From Thermoplasmata archaeon (GTDB lineage: Archaea; Thermoplasmatota; Thermoplasmata; Lutacidiplasmatales; UBA184), in assembly GCA_030040625.1 (NCBI GenBank), contig JASHTI010000159.1, forward strand, positions 1 through 40,996: 40,996 nt of DNA. The letters run 5' to 3'. Under the pieces are notes generated by a model, which had not been told where the DNA came from, searched no databases, and saw only the letters and a program-made list of their open reading frames with translations. Shown here piece after piece: positions 18,461 through 27,466 of this stretch. Both the position numbers and the translations under genes were made by a program. Position 1 is the stretch's first letter; every line of letters starts with the position of its first letter.

Positions 18461-19039
18461 ATGACCGAGAAGAAGCGGCTTCCCCGACTGTTTTACGTCT
18501 TCCTCGGGATCGCGACGCTCACCCTCCTCACCGGGTTCACGATCGGGGCGCTGACGCTCGGCGGGTTCGGCTCCAGCCCCCGGCAGGCGAGCGCGCAGGT
18601 CGTCATCCCCGGCCCACCCGCCGGCCTTACCTTCCCGCTGGCCGAAGCGGTCTTCGTCACCGCCTCCAGCAGCCCCGCCGTCGGCGCCTGCGCGGCGTCG
18701 AACTTGGGGACCCAGCTCGCGCCGACGCCGCTCGTGAACGGCAAGAACACGACGATCTGCCTGGCGACGGTCACCGATGGCTTCGCCCTCGGCGACACCG
18801 CCTACATCCTGGACCTGGAGTGGAACAAGACCGCGGCGATCTCCACGACCTTCGAGGTCCAGGTGTTCATCTCCGCGAGCCCGTCGAGCAACGATGTCCT
18901 GGTGACGTCGTTCGTCAACACGACCGCGACGATCACGACCGAGGAGATCGCTACCTTCGCGATCGACCTGACCGCCGCCGACGACAGCGGGGTCACCGGT
19001 TTCAACGTCCTGGTCACTCAGCTCGCCACGCCGCCGTAG
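18461..19039 (+). CDS. Secreted/membrane-anchored beta-rich hypothetical protein
   Basis: KKR followed by a hydrophobic signal; Thr/Ala/Ser-rich; NTT/NKT sequons; two Cys; GC-typical codon use. Confidence 0.75.
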   Translation: MTEKKRLPRLFYVFLGIATLTLLTGFTIGALTLGGFGSSPRQASAQVVIPGPPAGLTFPLAEAVFVTASSSPAVGACAASNLGTQLAPTPLVNGKNTTICLATVTDGFALGDTAYILDLEWNKTAAISTTFEVQVFISASPSSNDVLVTSFVNTTATITTEEIATFAIDLTAADDSGVTGFNVLVTQLATPP

Positions 19040-19051
19040 GGCGGCCCCGAA

Positions 19052-19630
19052 CTAGGCGGCGGCCCGCCGCGGGCGCGCGACCTTCTGGAGCGCGGCGACC
19101 GCCGGCCGCCACTCCTCGTCCTCGATATGGAACTCGAGGTCGGCGAGCCCCTCGAGCCCCCGGGGGAACGGCACCAGCGAACGGGTCAGGTAGACGTGCG
19201 CGAACGGCCCGCCGGTCGGGCCGCCCCAGCTCCGGCCCTGGTCGACGACCCCCCGGAACTCGTAGTACTCCGGAGCCGGGACCAGCCAGGCGACGGAGTC
19301 GTCCGTTCCCTTCACGCGACCCCCCCGTGAGTAGACCTGCAATCCGAGGTGCTGGGCGACGGTGCTGGGAAGCGTGAACAGCAGCCGATCCCCGGGCCGC
19401 GCCGTGGCGAGCAGCCGCTCCCGGACCGTCTCGACCGCGAGCGCCTCGCGCGCCGGGTACGTCGCGACGACCCGGGCGATCCCGGAGCCGCGCGCGAGGA
19501 AGGAGATCGAGCGGGCCGCGGTCGCCCCCTTCTCGGCCCGGGGCTCGTAGCAGATCAGCTGGCCGACCTCGGTCGGCAGCTGCATGGTGAGCCAGGTCGG
19601 GTGGCTCGCCCGGACGACGACGTACTCCAT
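19052..19630 (-). CDS. Hypothetical protein
   Basis: 192 aa, ATG start; TTTCTTATA box 24 nt upstream (19654-19662); globular-looking composition. Confidence 0.7.
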   Translation of the reverse strand: MEYVVVRASHPTWLTMQLPTEVGQLICYEPRAEKGATAARSISFLARGSGIARVVATYPAREALAVETVRERLLATARPGDRLLFTLPSTVAQHLGLQVYSRGGRVKGTDDSVAWLVPAPEYYEFRGVVDQGRSWGGPTGGPFAHVYLTRSLVPFPRGLEGLADLEFHIEDEEWRPAVAALQKVARPRRAAA

Positions 19631-19734
19631 CCGACCGCCGAGCCCGGGAGCCGTATAAGAAAGCTAACGAACGCTCGGCCCCGGGTGGGAGGTGTCGCCC
19701 GGCCGCGCACGGAACCGATCGCGGACGGGATCGG

Positions 19735-19965
19735 CTAGCGCCGGCCGCCGGATCCGAGGAGCAGCCCCCCGACCCACAGGCTGACGATGCCGATCGCCGC
19801 GACCCCGAGCGCCCGCTCCAGCGTCCCGGAGGCCGACGGGATCGTCCCGCCGATCACGAACAGACCGACGAGCGTGAGGAGTACGCCGAGCGCAATCTTC
19901 GCGCCCCGCGAGAGGCGCGGCGGCCGTCGTGGCGGCGCGCTCGCCGGCGGGGACCCCTCCGTCAC
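19735..19965 (-). CDS. Small two-TM membrane protein
   Basis: Two clear hydrophobic helices; fills the gap between same-strand genes. Confidence 0.65.
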   Translation of the reverse strand: MTEGSPPASAPPRRPPRLSRGAKIALGVLLTLVGLFVIGGTIPSASGTLERALGVAAIGIVSLWVGGLLLGSGGRR

Positions 19966-20016
19966 CGCATCCCCCCGGGACCGGGGGCAGATAGGCGCTG
20001 CGTGCGCCCCGGTTCG

Positions 20017-21333
20017 CTAGGGCTCCGCCGGGAGCGGGGGGACCTCGGGGGGCATCGAGGAGCCCAGCCACGGCCGCAGGCGCTCGTCGCTCGGCGAGCG
20101 ACCTCGCTCGCCGACCCCGCGGAGGAACGGTTTGGCCCCGATCGGGGCGAGGAGCGTCGTCACGAGACCGACCCCGGCGACGATCGTGAAGAGCGTTGCG
20201 TTGAAGATCCCGTCCGAGAGGAGCAGGACGGCCATCGCCAGCTCGACCGCGCCGCGGCTCGCTACGAGGAACCCCGCGCCCGCGGCGTCGCCCGCGGGCC
20301 AGCCGAGGGAGCGGGAGACGGCGCCCCCGATGAGGACCTTCGAGCCGAAGGCGAAAACGCAGAGACCGACGAACGCCGCGAACGCGGGGGCGCTCAGCAC
20401 GAGCAGCCGCAGGTCCATGCCGAGGCCGACCAGGGCGAAGAAGAGCGGGATGAAGAACCCCCAGGTGACGGTGTCGAAGACCCGCGAGATCTGGCGGTGC
20501 TCGCGGGCGCCGACGCTCTCGGGAGTGACGAGCAGGCCGGCGTAGAAGGCACCGACCAGGAACGTGAGGCCGATCGCCTGGGAGTAGAGCGCCGCGGCGA
20601 GCCCCGCGATCATGAGGAGGGCGAAGCCGGCCTCCCGGGAGTGCCACCCCTCCCGGACCCGGCGGACCCATCGGTCCCAGATGCGGAGCTGGCGGAGCGC
20701 ACGGAGCGCCTGGTGGACGGCGAGGATCGATGAGAGGAACACCGCGACGGTCACGGCGCCGATCGCCGCATCGGCCCCGGGGGCCGTTCCGCCACCGGCG
20801 ACGACCCGGAGCAGGACCGAGAACGTCGTCACGGCCGCGAGTTCGTTGATGAGCGCCCCGTTGAGCAGGTAGGTGCCGAACCGGCTCTGCAGGAGGCCGA
20901 GCTCCCGCAGCATCACCCCGAGGACGGGCAACGCCGTGATCGAGATCGTCAGCGCGACGAACAGCGTCGTCGACCAGGCCAGGGCCGGGTAGAGCAGGCG
21001 CACGACGGCCGCCCCGCTCAGGAACGGCACGACGAAGATCGCCACCCCCAGGAGGCCCGCCGAGAGCCCCGTCGCGCCGATCTGCTCCGGGGTCACCGCG
21101 AGACCGGCGGTCATCAGCACGAAGAAGGTCGCGAGGATCTCGAGGCCGTTCAGCTCGGAGGAGATGCTCCCGAGACCGAGGATCGGCCCCAGGAACGTCG
21201 GGCCGAGGATCACCCCGACCGCGAGCTGCCCCACGAGGGCGGCCTGCCCGAGCCGGCTCACCAGCTCCCCGGCGACGACCGCGCAGGCGACCAGGAGGAA
21301 CAGTCCGACGATGAACAGCGTGGTCGGATCCAC
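20017..21333 (-). CDS. Cation:proton antiporter (CPA2/Kef family)
   Basis: GQAALVGQLAVGVILGP, SITALPV, GAFYAGL, FFIPLFF..GL, SRGAVEL; GTG start at 21333. Confidence 0.9.
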   Translation of the reverse strand: MDPTTLFIVGLFLLVACAVVAGELVSRLGQAALVGQLAVGVILGPTFLGPILGLGSISSELNGLEILATFFVLMTAGLAVTPEQIGATGLSAGLLGVAIFVVPFLSGAAVVRLLYPALAWSTTLFVALTISITALPVLGVMLRELGLLQSRFGTYLLNGALINELAAVTTFSVLLRVVAGGGTAPGADAAIGAVTVAVFLSSILAVHQALRALRQLRIWDRWVRRVREGWHSREAGFALLMIAGLAAALYSQAIGLTFLVGAFYAGLLVTPESVGAREHRQISRVFDTVTWGFFIPLFFALVGLGMDLRLLVLSAPAFAAFVGLCVFAFGSKVLIGGAVSRSLGWPAGDAAGAGFLVASRGAVELAMAVLLLSDGIFNATLFTIVAGVGLVTTLLAPIGAKPFLRGVGERGRSPSDERLRPWLGSSMPPEVPPLPAEP

Positions 21334-21506
21334 CGGTTCCCCTCTCCGCGCGGGTCCCCGGCCCCGGCGACCCGCGGACCGACCGGTCCGCGGTCGGCCG
21401 GGGCCCAGGCCGGCCGGCGTCGCCGGCTCCTCCCGGCCCACCCCTAACTAACTTTGTCCCGCACGGGCGGGGCGGGGGTGATTAGGCGGCCGGGATTCGG
21501 TCCGCG

Positions 21507-22049
21507 GTGCCCGTCCCCCGTCGTCGCGGAAGCTCTTCGCCGACCGTCGACGAGGAGGAGGCGCTCCGGTCCCGTCGCCGTCGGGCCACCGAGGAGGCGC
21601 TCGAGGTCCGACTCCGATCCGAGCGCCCGGTCGTGGAGCTCGAGGTCCGCAACCCCGCCCACGGAACGAGCTACCGGGTCTTCCTGCCGGAGTACCCGGA
21701 GCGGGCCTCGGCGCTCTGCACGTGCACGGATTTCGCCCGACGCGGGCTCGGTACCTGCAAGCACCTGGAGGCGGCCGTGGCCGCGTCCTCCGACCTCGCG
21801 GCCCTCCCCCGCGCTGCCGGCGGGGAACCGCCCGCGGTCCCGGTCGGGGAGCTCTGGGCCGAGCTCGAGCGGCTCCGCGCGGGACTCCTGCGGCACCCGC
21901 CCCGGGAGATCCGCGAGCTCGAGGCGGCCGGTCGGCCGATGTGGAGCCGCCCGAGCGGGGAGTTGAAGAAGGAAGGGGTCGAAGAAGGGGTTGGCCGCGG
22001 CCGGAGGGGCCCCGACCGCGCTACGTCGACATCCCCGGCGCGCCCTTGA
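21507..22049 (+). CDS. SWIM zinc-finger domain protein
   Basis: YRV....CTCTDFARRGLGTCKH matches the SWIM CxC-xn-CxH pattern. Confidence 0.8.
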   Translation: MPVPRRRGSSSPTVDEEEALRSRRRRATEEALEVRLRSERPVVELEVRNPAHGTSYRVFLPEYPERASALCTCTDFARRGLGTCKHLEAAVAASSDLAALPRAAGGEPPAVPVGELWAELERLRAGLLRHPPREIRELEAAGRPMWSRPSGELKKEGVEEGVGRGRRGPDRATSTSPARP

Positions 22050-23730
22050 GCGCCCGGATCTTGTAGTACTCAGGGTCGACGATGACCTCGCCGTTGACGC
22101 CCATCGTCTCGATCGTCTTCAGCTGCACGCCGCTCTGGGACTTGGCGCGCTGCCAGTCCGGGATCGGGATCGAGAACTTCTTCTCGACCTCCGTCCGGTA
22201 GATCGGGCCCGAGTTGTAGCTGCAGAACGGGATGACGCGCCCGTCCGGGACGGCGTAGTGGATGTCGCAGCGCATCAGGCGCTGGATATCGTAGTCGTAG
22301 GCGTCCTGGAAGTGCATGTTGCCGATGTAGAGCGTCCGCCAGGTGAACTTCGCGACGGCCTCCTTGTTCCCCTCGGTGAAGATCGAGGCGATCACGCGGA
22401 CGCAGTTCTTCTCGTTCAGCCCCTCCGGCGCCCGCGAGAAGTCGAAGTACTTCGCGACGTCGTGCAGGAGCTTCGCCCCGGCGACCGCCGTCCGGACCCG
22501 CGCGAAGCGCGCGTCCCGGTACTTCTCGATCATCGACTCGACGTTCTCGAAGAAGCCGTCGACGTCCATGAACCGCGGCAGCGGGGTGATCTTCTGGCCG
22601 TCCTGGCTGATGAAGGCGAACGTCGCGCAGCCGCAGCCGGGGTGCGTCGTGAGCGTCATCTTCTCCTCCCCGTGGATGATCGACGTCAGCTCGGAGATCG
22701 GCGCCACCGACGGGACCGGGAAGAAGTCCGACCGCTCGAACGGTCCGTCCGTGCAGAGGATGCGGACGAGGTCCGACTGGGTGAACCGCATCTGGAAGCG
22801 GTCCTTGTCGGGGATCCGCGCGGTCAGGGCGACCGGCTGGAAGTTGACCCCGCGGACGACGTCGATGTTGTCGATCGCGAAGCGGACCGTCGGCCAGATC
22901 TCCTTCTCGTTGAACCCGCCGACCAGCGTCGGGACGAGGACGACCGACAGCGGCTTGTCCGGCTTGCCCGCCGCGAGCTCGCTCGCCGGCGCGTGGGTCT
23001 CCCGGGCCGCCTGGATCGCCTTCTGCTTGACCTTCAGCAGGGGGACGCCGCGGACCTTGCGGTAGATCTCGTCGTCCAGCCCATCGAACTGCAGGTAGAG
23101 GGTGTGCAGCCCCGCGTCCCGGCACGCCTGGGCGAAGCCGGGCTCGTTGGCGACGCGGATGCCGTTCGTCGCGACCTGGATCTGCTTGAACCCGAGGTCC
23201 CGGGACATGCTGACCGCGTCCAGGAACAGCGGCGAGAGCGTCGGCTCCCCGCCCGAGAACTGGACGGCGACCGTGCCGACCGGCTTCTGCTCGCGGAGCG
23301 TCTTCAGCATGAAGTGGATCTGCTCGCGCGTCGGCTCGAAGACGTAGCCGGCCGCGTTCGCGTTCGCGAAGCAGACCGGGCACTTCAGGTTGCAGCGGTT
23401 GGTCAGATCGACCAGCGCCAGCCCCGTGTGGGACTTGTGGTGGCTGCACATCCCGCAGGTCGTCGGGCAGCCGCGGAACTTGTCGTAGTACGGGTTCTCG
23501 TAGCCGACCCCGTCGTGCGCGTAGACCTCCATCCGGAGGTAGAAGTCGACGTCGTTGGAGATGATGTCCCAGAAGTAGCCGTGGGCACGGCACGTCTTCT
23601 CCATGATGACGCGGCCCTCCTTCTCTCGAACGATCGCCGGGATGACCTTGATGCACTCCGGGCAGACGGAGGCGGTCTTGCGGGGCAGTCCCCGCGGGGC
23701 CTGGAACTCCTTCATCACACGCGCCGGCAT
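22021..23730 (-). CDS. tes: Tetraether lipid synthase / GDGT-macrocyclic archaeol synthase (radical SAM)
   Basis: N-terminal CPEC..KTCRAHG; auxiliary GCPTTCGMCSHH; radical SAM motif DLTNRCNLKCPVCFANA; QFSGGEPT, YLQFDG, GVNFQPV; C-terminal HPGCG, MHFQD, RCDIHY..DGRVIPFCSYN, as in the MJ0619/Tes family. Confidence 0.88.
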   Translation of the reverse strand: MPARVMKEFQAPRGLPRKTASVCPECIKVIPAIVREKEGRVIMEKTCRAHGYFWDIISNDVDFYLRMEVYAHDGVGYENPYYDKFRGCPTTCGMCSHHKSHTGLALVDLTNRCNLKCPVCFANANAAGYVFEPTREQIHFMLKTLREQKPVGTVAVQFSGGEPTLSPLFLDAVSMSRDLGFKQIQVATNGIRVANEPGFAQACRDAGLHTLYLQFDGLDDEIYRKVRGVPLLKVKQKAIQAARETHAPASELAAGKPDKPLSVVLVPTLVGGFNEKEIWPTVRFAIDNIDVVRGVNFQPVALTARIPDKDRFQMRFTQSDLVRILCTDGPFERSDFFPVPSVAPISELTSIIHGEEKMTLTTHPGCGCATFAFISQDGQKITPLPRFMDVDGFFENVESMIEKYRDARFARVRTAVAGAKLLHDVAKYFDFSRAPEGLNEKNCVRVIASIFTEGNKEAVAKFTWRTLYIGNMHFQDAYDYDIQRLMRCDIHYAVPDGRVIPFCSYNSGPIYRTEVEKKFSIPIPDWQRAKSQSGVQLKTIETMGVNGEVIVDPEYYKIRALKGAPGMST

Positions 23731-23775
23731 TGCTGGTTCTCCGTTGCTCCCCGCCCCCCGAGGGGGCCGTGGGGT

Positions 23776-23790
23776 TAGGTGGCCCACCTA
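23776..23790. promoter_or_regulatory. Palindrome near the predicted tes transcription start
   Basis: TAGGTGG-C-CCACCTA flanked by GGGG/CCCC; lies downstream of the minus-strand TATA-like TTATGTA (23799-23805). Confidence 0.45.
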
Positions 23791-23809
23791 CCCCGACCTA
23801 CATAACCCA

Positions 23810-23832
23810 TCTGTCGTTCAGACAGCGACAGA
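23810..23832. promoter_or_regulatory. Inverted repeat in the divergent tes / hypothetical promoter region
   Basis: TCTGTCG-N9-CGACAGA, containing CAGACA. Confidence 0.4.
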
Positions 23833-23955
23833 ACCCCCCTCCCCGTGACGAGCAATCGCACGGTTCGCCGAGCGACAACCGCCCCCGGGACGAGGCCGCG
23901 GGGGGGGACGGAGCCGCCTAGGTTATCGGCCCGTACGGCTCGGGAACGATCGTTC

Positions 23956-24516
23956 ATGGCCCCGCCGGCACGACGCAGAGCGCGCCCGCCCAAGGCAGCG
24001 TCCCGACGCGGTCGGCCCCGGCCGAAGCCAAGAGCCCGCCGGAAGGGGGGATTCGTCGGTCGGGACCCCTCACCTGTACTAGACAAGTACCCGCCCCGGC
24101 CCGGCGCGGCCGCTCGGCTCACCATCCCGACCGCGCCCCGGCCGGCCGCGGTCGCGGCCCTCCCGCCCCCCAGTGCACCGACCCCGCCGACGGCGGGTGC
24201 GTCCGGCGAGCCACCGGCCGGCCTGATCCGACTGGAGACCCCGTTCGACGTCGACGAGTTCTCGCGGATGCTCGGCGAGACCTCCCTGCGGATGACGGTC
24301 CCCCGGGACGCCCTGCCGGAGGTGCTGCGACGGGTGACCGAGTTCATGGGTTTCGGCATCTACGTCTATGCGGTCACGGTCCGACCCGCCCCCACGGAGC
24401 TCCTGAAGGGGTTCGTCGTCGATCTGCAGAGGGTAGAGTTCGACGCCGACTCCAACACCTGGAAGCCGTTCGTCGAGCGGGGCGCGCTTCCCGGGCCCGC
24501 GTCGCACGGGCCCTGA
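23956..24516 (+). CDS. Hypothetical protein with basic N-terminal tail, Pro/Ala linker and small globular domain
   Basis: C-terminal ~95 aa look folded (GLIRLETPFDVDEFSRMLGETSLRMTV..FMGFGIYVYAVTVRP); start uncertain. Confidence 0.7.
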   Translation: MAPPARRRARPPKAASRRGRPRPKPRARRKGGFVGRDPSPVLDKYPPRPGAAARLTIPTAPRPAAVAALPPPSAPTPPTAGASGEPPAGLIRLETPFDVDEFSRMLGETSLRMTVPRDALPEVLRRVTEFMGFGIYVYAVTVRPAPTELLKGFVVDLQRVEFDADSNTWKPFVERGALPGPASHGP

Positions 24517-24598
24517 CCGCCGAGCCTCCGGGTCCAACACGCCGTGTCAGCGACACCAACCGCCCCCGACGGGCGGGTCCGCGAGCCGCCCGAGACTC

Positions 24599-26611
24599 CT
24601 AGCGCAGACGCGTGCCGCAGGCCGTGCAGAACGCCACCCGTTCGACTCGGTTGACCTGCCCACACCGCGGGCAGGCGATCGCTCCGGGGGGAAGGCGCGG
24701 GGGCCCCCGGGGGGTCGAAACCGCGGCGAGGGGGGGCTCTCCGCGCGGGCCCGCCGCGGCCGGTGGGTCCCCTCCGGCGCGCGCGGTGGCGGGGGTGGGC
24801 GGTACCCCCGGGACGGGTGGGGTCGCGGCGCTCCACAGGCCCGGCAGCGCCGCTCCGGAGGGGGCCCCGGCGCCCGGCGTCCCTCCGGCGCGAGGAGGCA
24901 TGCCCAGCCCCGCCGCGACGGCGGGCGGGATGACCCAGGCGGGCGCGTAGGGGCTGGCGAGGATCCCGCGGACCTGCGGAATGGTCGCGCTGAATCCGCG
25001 CATGATCGCCTCGCTGCCGGGCAGCACGTAGTGGAAGTTGAACCAGCCTCGTCGGGGAGGGACGACGCCGGGTTGGAGCTGCGACCAGGGGACCCGGAGC
25101 TCCCCCACGCGTCGATCGAGGATCACGCCGGCGGGAACGACGCCGATTGAACGCGGGAGCTGACCGAGCGACGTCCAGGCGACGACCGCGATGAACACGC
25201 CAAAGACGAGGGCGAGCACGATCGCGCTGGCGACGGCGGCCTGGGGGCTGCCGTCGGCGAACGAGAGGGCCAGGACCGGAACGAACACGACAAAGACCAC
25301 CACGAGGATCCCGAGCTGCTGGATGACCCGGGACCGTAATGCGGGCCCGCTCGGGAACCAGCCCGGGATCTCTCCCGGCCGGAGCTGAAACCCTTCGCCG
25401 AGCCGACGCTCCTGGTTGCGGCGGTGGCGGTTCCCGACCAGACCGGCGACCAGGGTGGGGACGAGAATGATCGTTCCGAGGATCAGCAGCAGCCCGAACC
25501 CGGTCAGGTGCGAGTACGTCGGGTTGATCAGGAGCGTCCAGGTCCCGTCCGCGTAGACCAGCGTCGACGTGAGGACCCCGGCGCTGACCGCGCCAGAGAA
25601 GTAGACGACGTAGTGGTCGACCGGATCGTCGACCAGGACAGCCCCGAACGACGCCTCGGGGCCACCCGGGGCGTTCAGCTGGGTCCAGCCGGTGGGCCCG
25701 AACGTCCACTCGCTGCGGAGGTAGCTGGCGTTGTAGCCATTGACCAGCAGTAGGTAGCCATCGCCGCTGTCGTAGGTCATCGGGGCCAGACGCCGCGGAC
25801 TCGGGGCCGGCCGGTCGGTCGCCGTCAGGTTCGTCCAGTTCCCGGCGTGGTAGGACCAGGTGTCCCCCATGGACGCGGCCGAACTCCCGCCGCCGCCGAA
25901 GAGGACCACCGAGGTCGTCGCCGGGTCGTAGGCCATCGAGGCCCCGAAGCGAGGGCTCGGCGTCGGGGAGCTCACGTTGCCGACCTTCGACCAACGCCCG
26001 GAGGCGAACCCCCACTCGTCGTTCAGGAGAGTGCTGCCGGTCCCCGTCCCACCGAACAGGAAGACGTAGCCGTCGGTCGGATCGTACGTCATCATGGTAC
26101 GACCGCGGCCGGGCGGCGGGGTCGGCTGATTGCCGGTCAGGTTCGTCCAGCTGTCATGCGCGTAGCCCCAGGTCTGGTTGGAGACGAGCGTGCACGCGAG
26201 GTTCAGGCACCCTCCGAAGAGCAGGACGTAGCCGGCGACCGGGTCGTAGGCCAGGCCCTCCCCCCAGCGCGCGGAGGGGGCGGGCCCGACCGCCGACGTG
26301 AGATTCGTCCAGTTGCTGTGGACGAACGACCAGGTCCACGGCACGACCTTCCCGGCCGGGTCGAGGCCCCCGAACATGAGCGCGTAGCCGTCCGCGGTGT
26401 CGAAGGCGGCGGCCGCGCCCACCGTCGGGGGAGGAGAGACTCCGTTGGAGTGCCGGACGACGGACGTCGCCTCCGCCCGGCCGATCGCCCCATGGATTGG
26501 GAGGGGACTGATCAGGAGCGCCGCGATCCCGAGGGCGGCGAGGGCCGCCGTGGCCGCCTTGCGCGCGCGGCTCCGGCCTCGAGCCGCGGCGTCCGCCGGA
26601 GGCCGGTTCAT
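24599..26611 (-). CDS. Kelch-repeat beta-propeller membrane protein with C-terminal zinc ribbon
   Basis: ATG 26611; signal helix; six PxxR..YD..GY.LLFGG..TW..W repeats; 3 TM segments; Pro-rich linker; CPRCG..CTACG. Confidence 0.85.
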   Translation of the reverse strand: MNRPPADAAARGRSRARKAATAALAALGIAALLISPLPIHGAIGRAEATSVVRHSNGVSPPPTVGAAAAFDTADGYALMFGGLDPAGKVVPWTWSFVHSNWTNLTSAVGPAPSARWGEGLAYDPVAGYVLLFGGCLNLACTLVSNQTWGYAHDSWTNLTGNQPTPPPGRGRTMMTYDPTDGYVFLFGGTGTGSTLLNDEWGFASGRWSKVGNVSSPTPSPRFGASMAYDPATTSVVLFGGGGSSAASMGDTWSYHAGNWTNLTATDRPAPSPRRLAPMTYDSGDGYLLLVNGYNASYLRSEWTFGPTGWTQLNAPGGPEASFGAVLVDDPVDHYVVYFSGAVSAGVLTSTLVYADGTWTLLINPTYSHLTGFGLLLILGTIILVPTLVAGLVGNRHRRNQERRLGEGFQLRPGEIPGWFPSGPALRSRVIQQLGILVVVFVVFVPVLALSFADGSPQAAVASAIVLALVFGVFIAVVAWTSLGQLPRSIGVVPAGVILDRRVGELRVPWSQLQPGVVPPRRGWFNFHYVLPGSEAIMRGFSATIPQVRGILASPYAPAWVIPPAVAAGLGMPPRAGGTPGAGAPSGAALPGLWSAATPPVPGVPPTPATARAGGDPPAAAGPRGEPPLAAVSTPRGPPRLPPGAIACPRCGQVNRVERVAFCTACGTRLR
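25531..26435 (-). repeat. Six ~50-aa Kelch-like repeats (coding)
   Basis: Recurring YDP/FD..GYxLLFGG..TW..WTNLT units; boundaries approximate. Confidence 0.8.
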
Positions 26612-27441
26612 CGCCCGGTGATGCCGCGTTCGCCCAGCGATCCGTGGGGGACGCCGGGGCCGGAAGAGGAGGGTGCGGAGGGGGCACCGGGAACGGACGA
26701 CCCGGCCGGCCGGTCGGGGGCGAGCCCCTCCCCGACCAGGATCGGAGCGCCACAGCTCGGGCATCGGGGGTGCCTCCGGTCGAGCGAGGTCGGGTCGACC
26801 AGGGTCCCGCAGTACGCGCATGGGATCCGGTCCCCCAGCGTGCGGGCCACCAGCTCCTCCCGGCTCGCCTCGATCGTCGCCAGCGCGGACTCGACCGCGA
26901 ACGCCTGCTGGACGAAGGCGTAGACCTGGGCGGACTCCGGGAGCGCGTTCCAGTAGATCGTCTTCGCGTACTTGCGGCCCCCCAGCACGCCGGTCGGCGA
27001 GTCCAGCGGGGTCGCATCGAACTTGATCCCTCCCGAAACGCCCGGCTCGTTGCGCAGGTTCTGGATCTGCCCGAAGAGCGCGTCCAGCAGTTCGGGCTGT
27101 CGGACCCCGCTCACCCGGAGGACCCGCCGGTGCGTCAGCGCGTAGGCGGTCGACCTCCACTTCAGTACGTAGTAGATCATCAGGATCAGGAACAGGCCCA
27201 GGCAGAACCAGCCGAACGGATTCGCGGGGAGACCGGCCGAAACGTACGCGAACAGCAGGACGAGCAGGGCCAGGACAATGAGGCGTCCCCAGTACAGGCC
27301 GAAGAGGCTCGGTCGGGTCTCGAAAAGGACCCGCTCGCCCGGGCCGAGCAGGTCGCGCGGAAACGCCCCCGGCTGGTTCGTGCGCGGGACGACCGTGAGG
27401 AGGTCCGCCTCCGTTCGAGGTCCCGACCAGGTCTCCTGCAT
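26608..27441 (-). CDS. Membrane protein with bacterial PH-like (bPH_2) domain and zinc ribbon
   Basis: LGPGERVLFETRPS, two TM helices, WRSTAYALTHRRVLRVSG..IQNL, CAYCG..CPSCG; ATGA overlap with the Kelch gene. Confidence 0.8.
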   Translation of the reverse strand: MQETWSGPRTEADLLTVVPRTNQPGAFPRDLLGPGERVLFETRPSLFGLYWGRLIVLALLVLLFAYVSAGLPANPFGWFCLGLFLILMIYYVLKWRSTAYALTHRRVLRVSGVRQPELLDALFGQIQNLRNEPGVSGGIKFDATPLDSPTGVLGGRKYAKTIYWNALPESAQVYAFVQQAFAVESALATIEASREELVARTLGDRIPCAYCGTLVDPTSLDRRHPRCPSCGAPILVGEGLAPDRPAGSSVPGAPSAPSSSGPGVPHGSLGERGITGR

Positions 27442-27466
27442 CGCCGGCGCCCGCAGGTCGCCGCCG

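Noticed and set aside
22021..23730. Calling this a generic MoaA-like or methanopterin methyltransferase radical SAM enzyme
   Set aside because: The extra N-terminal metal sites and the C-terminal MHFQD/CxIHY/PFC motifs fit the Tes family better
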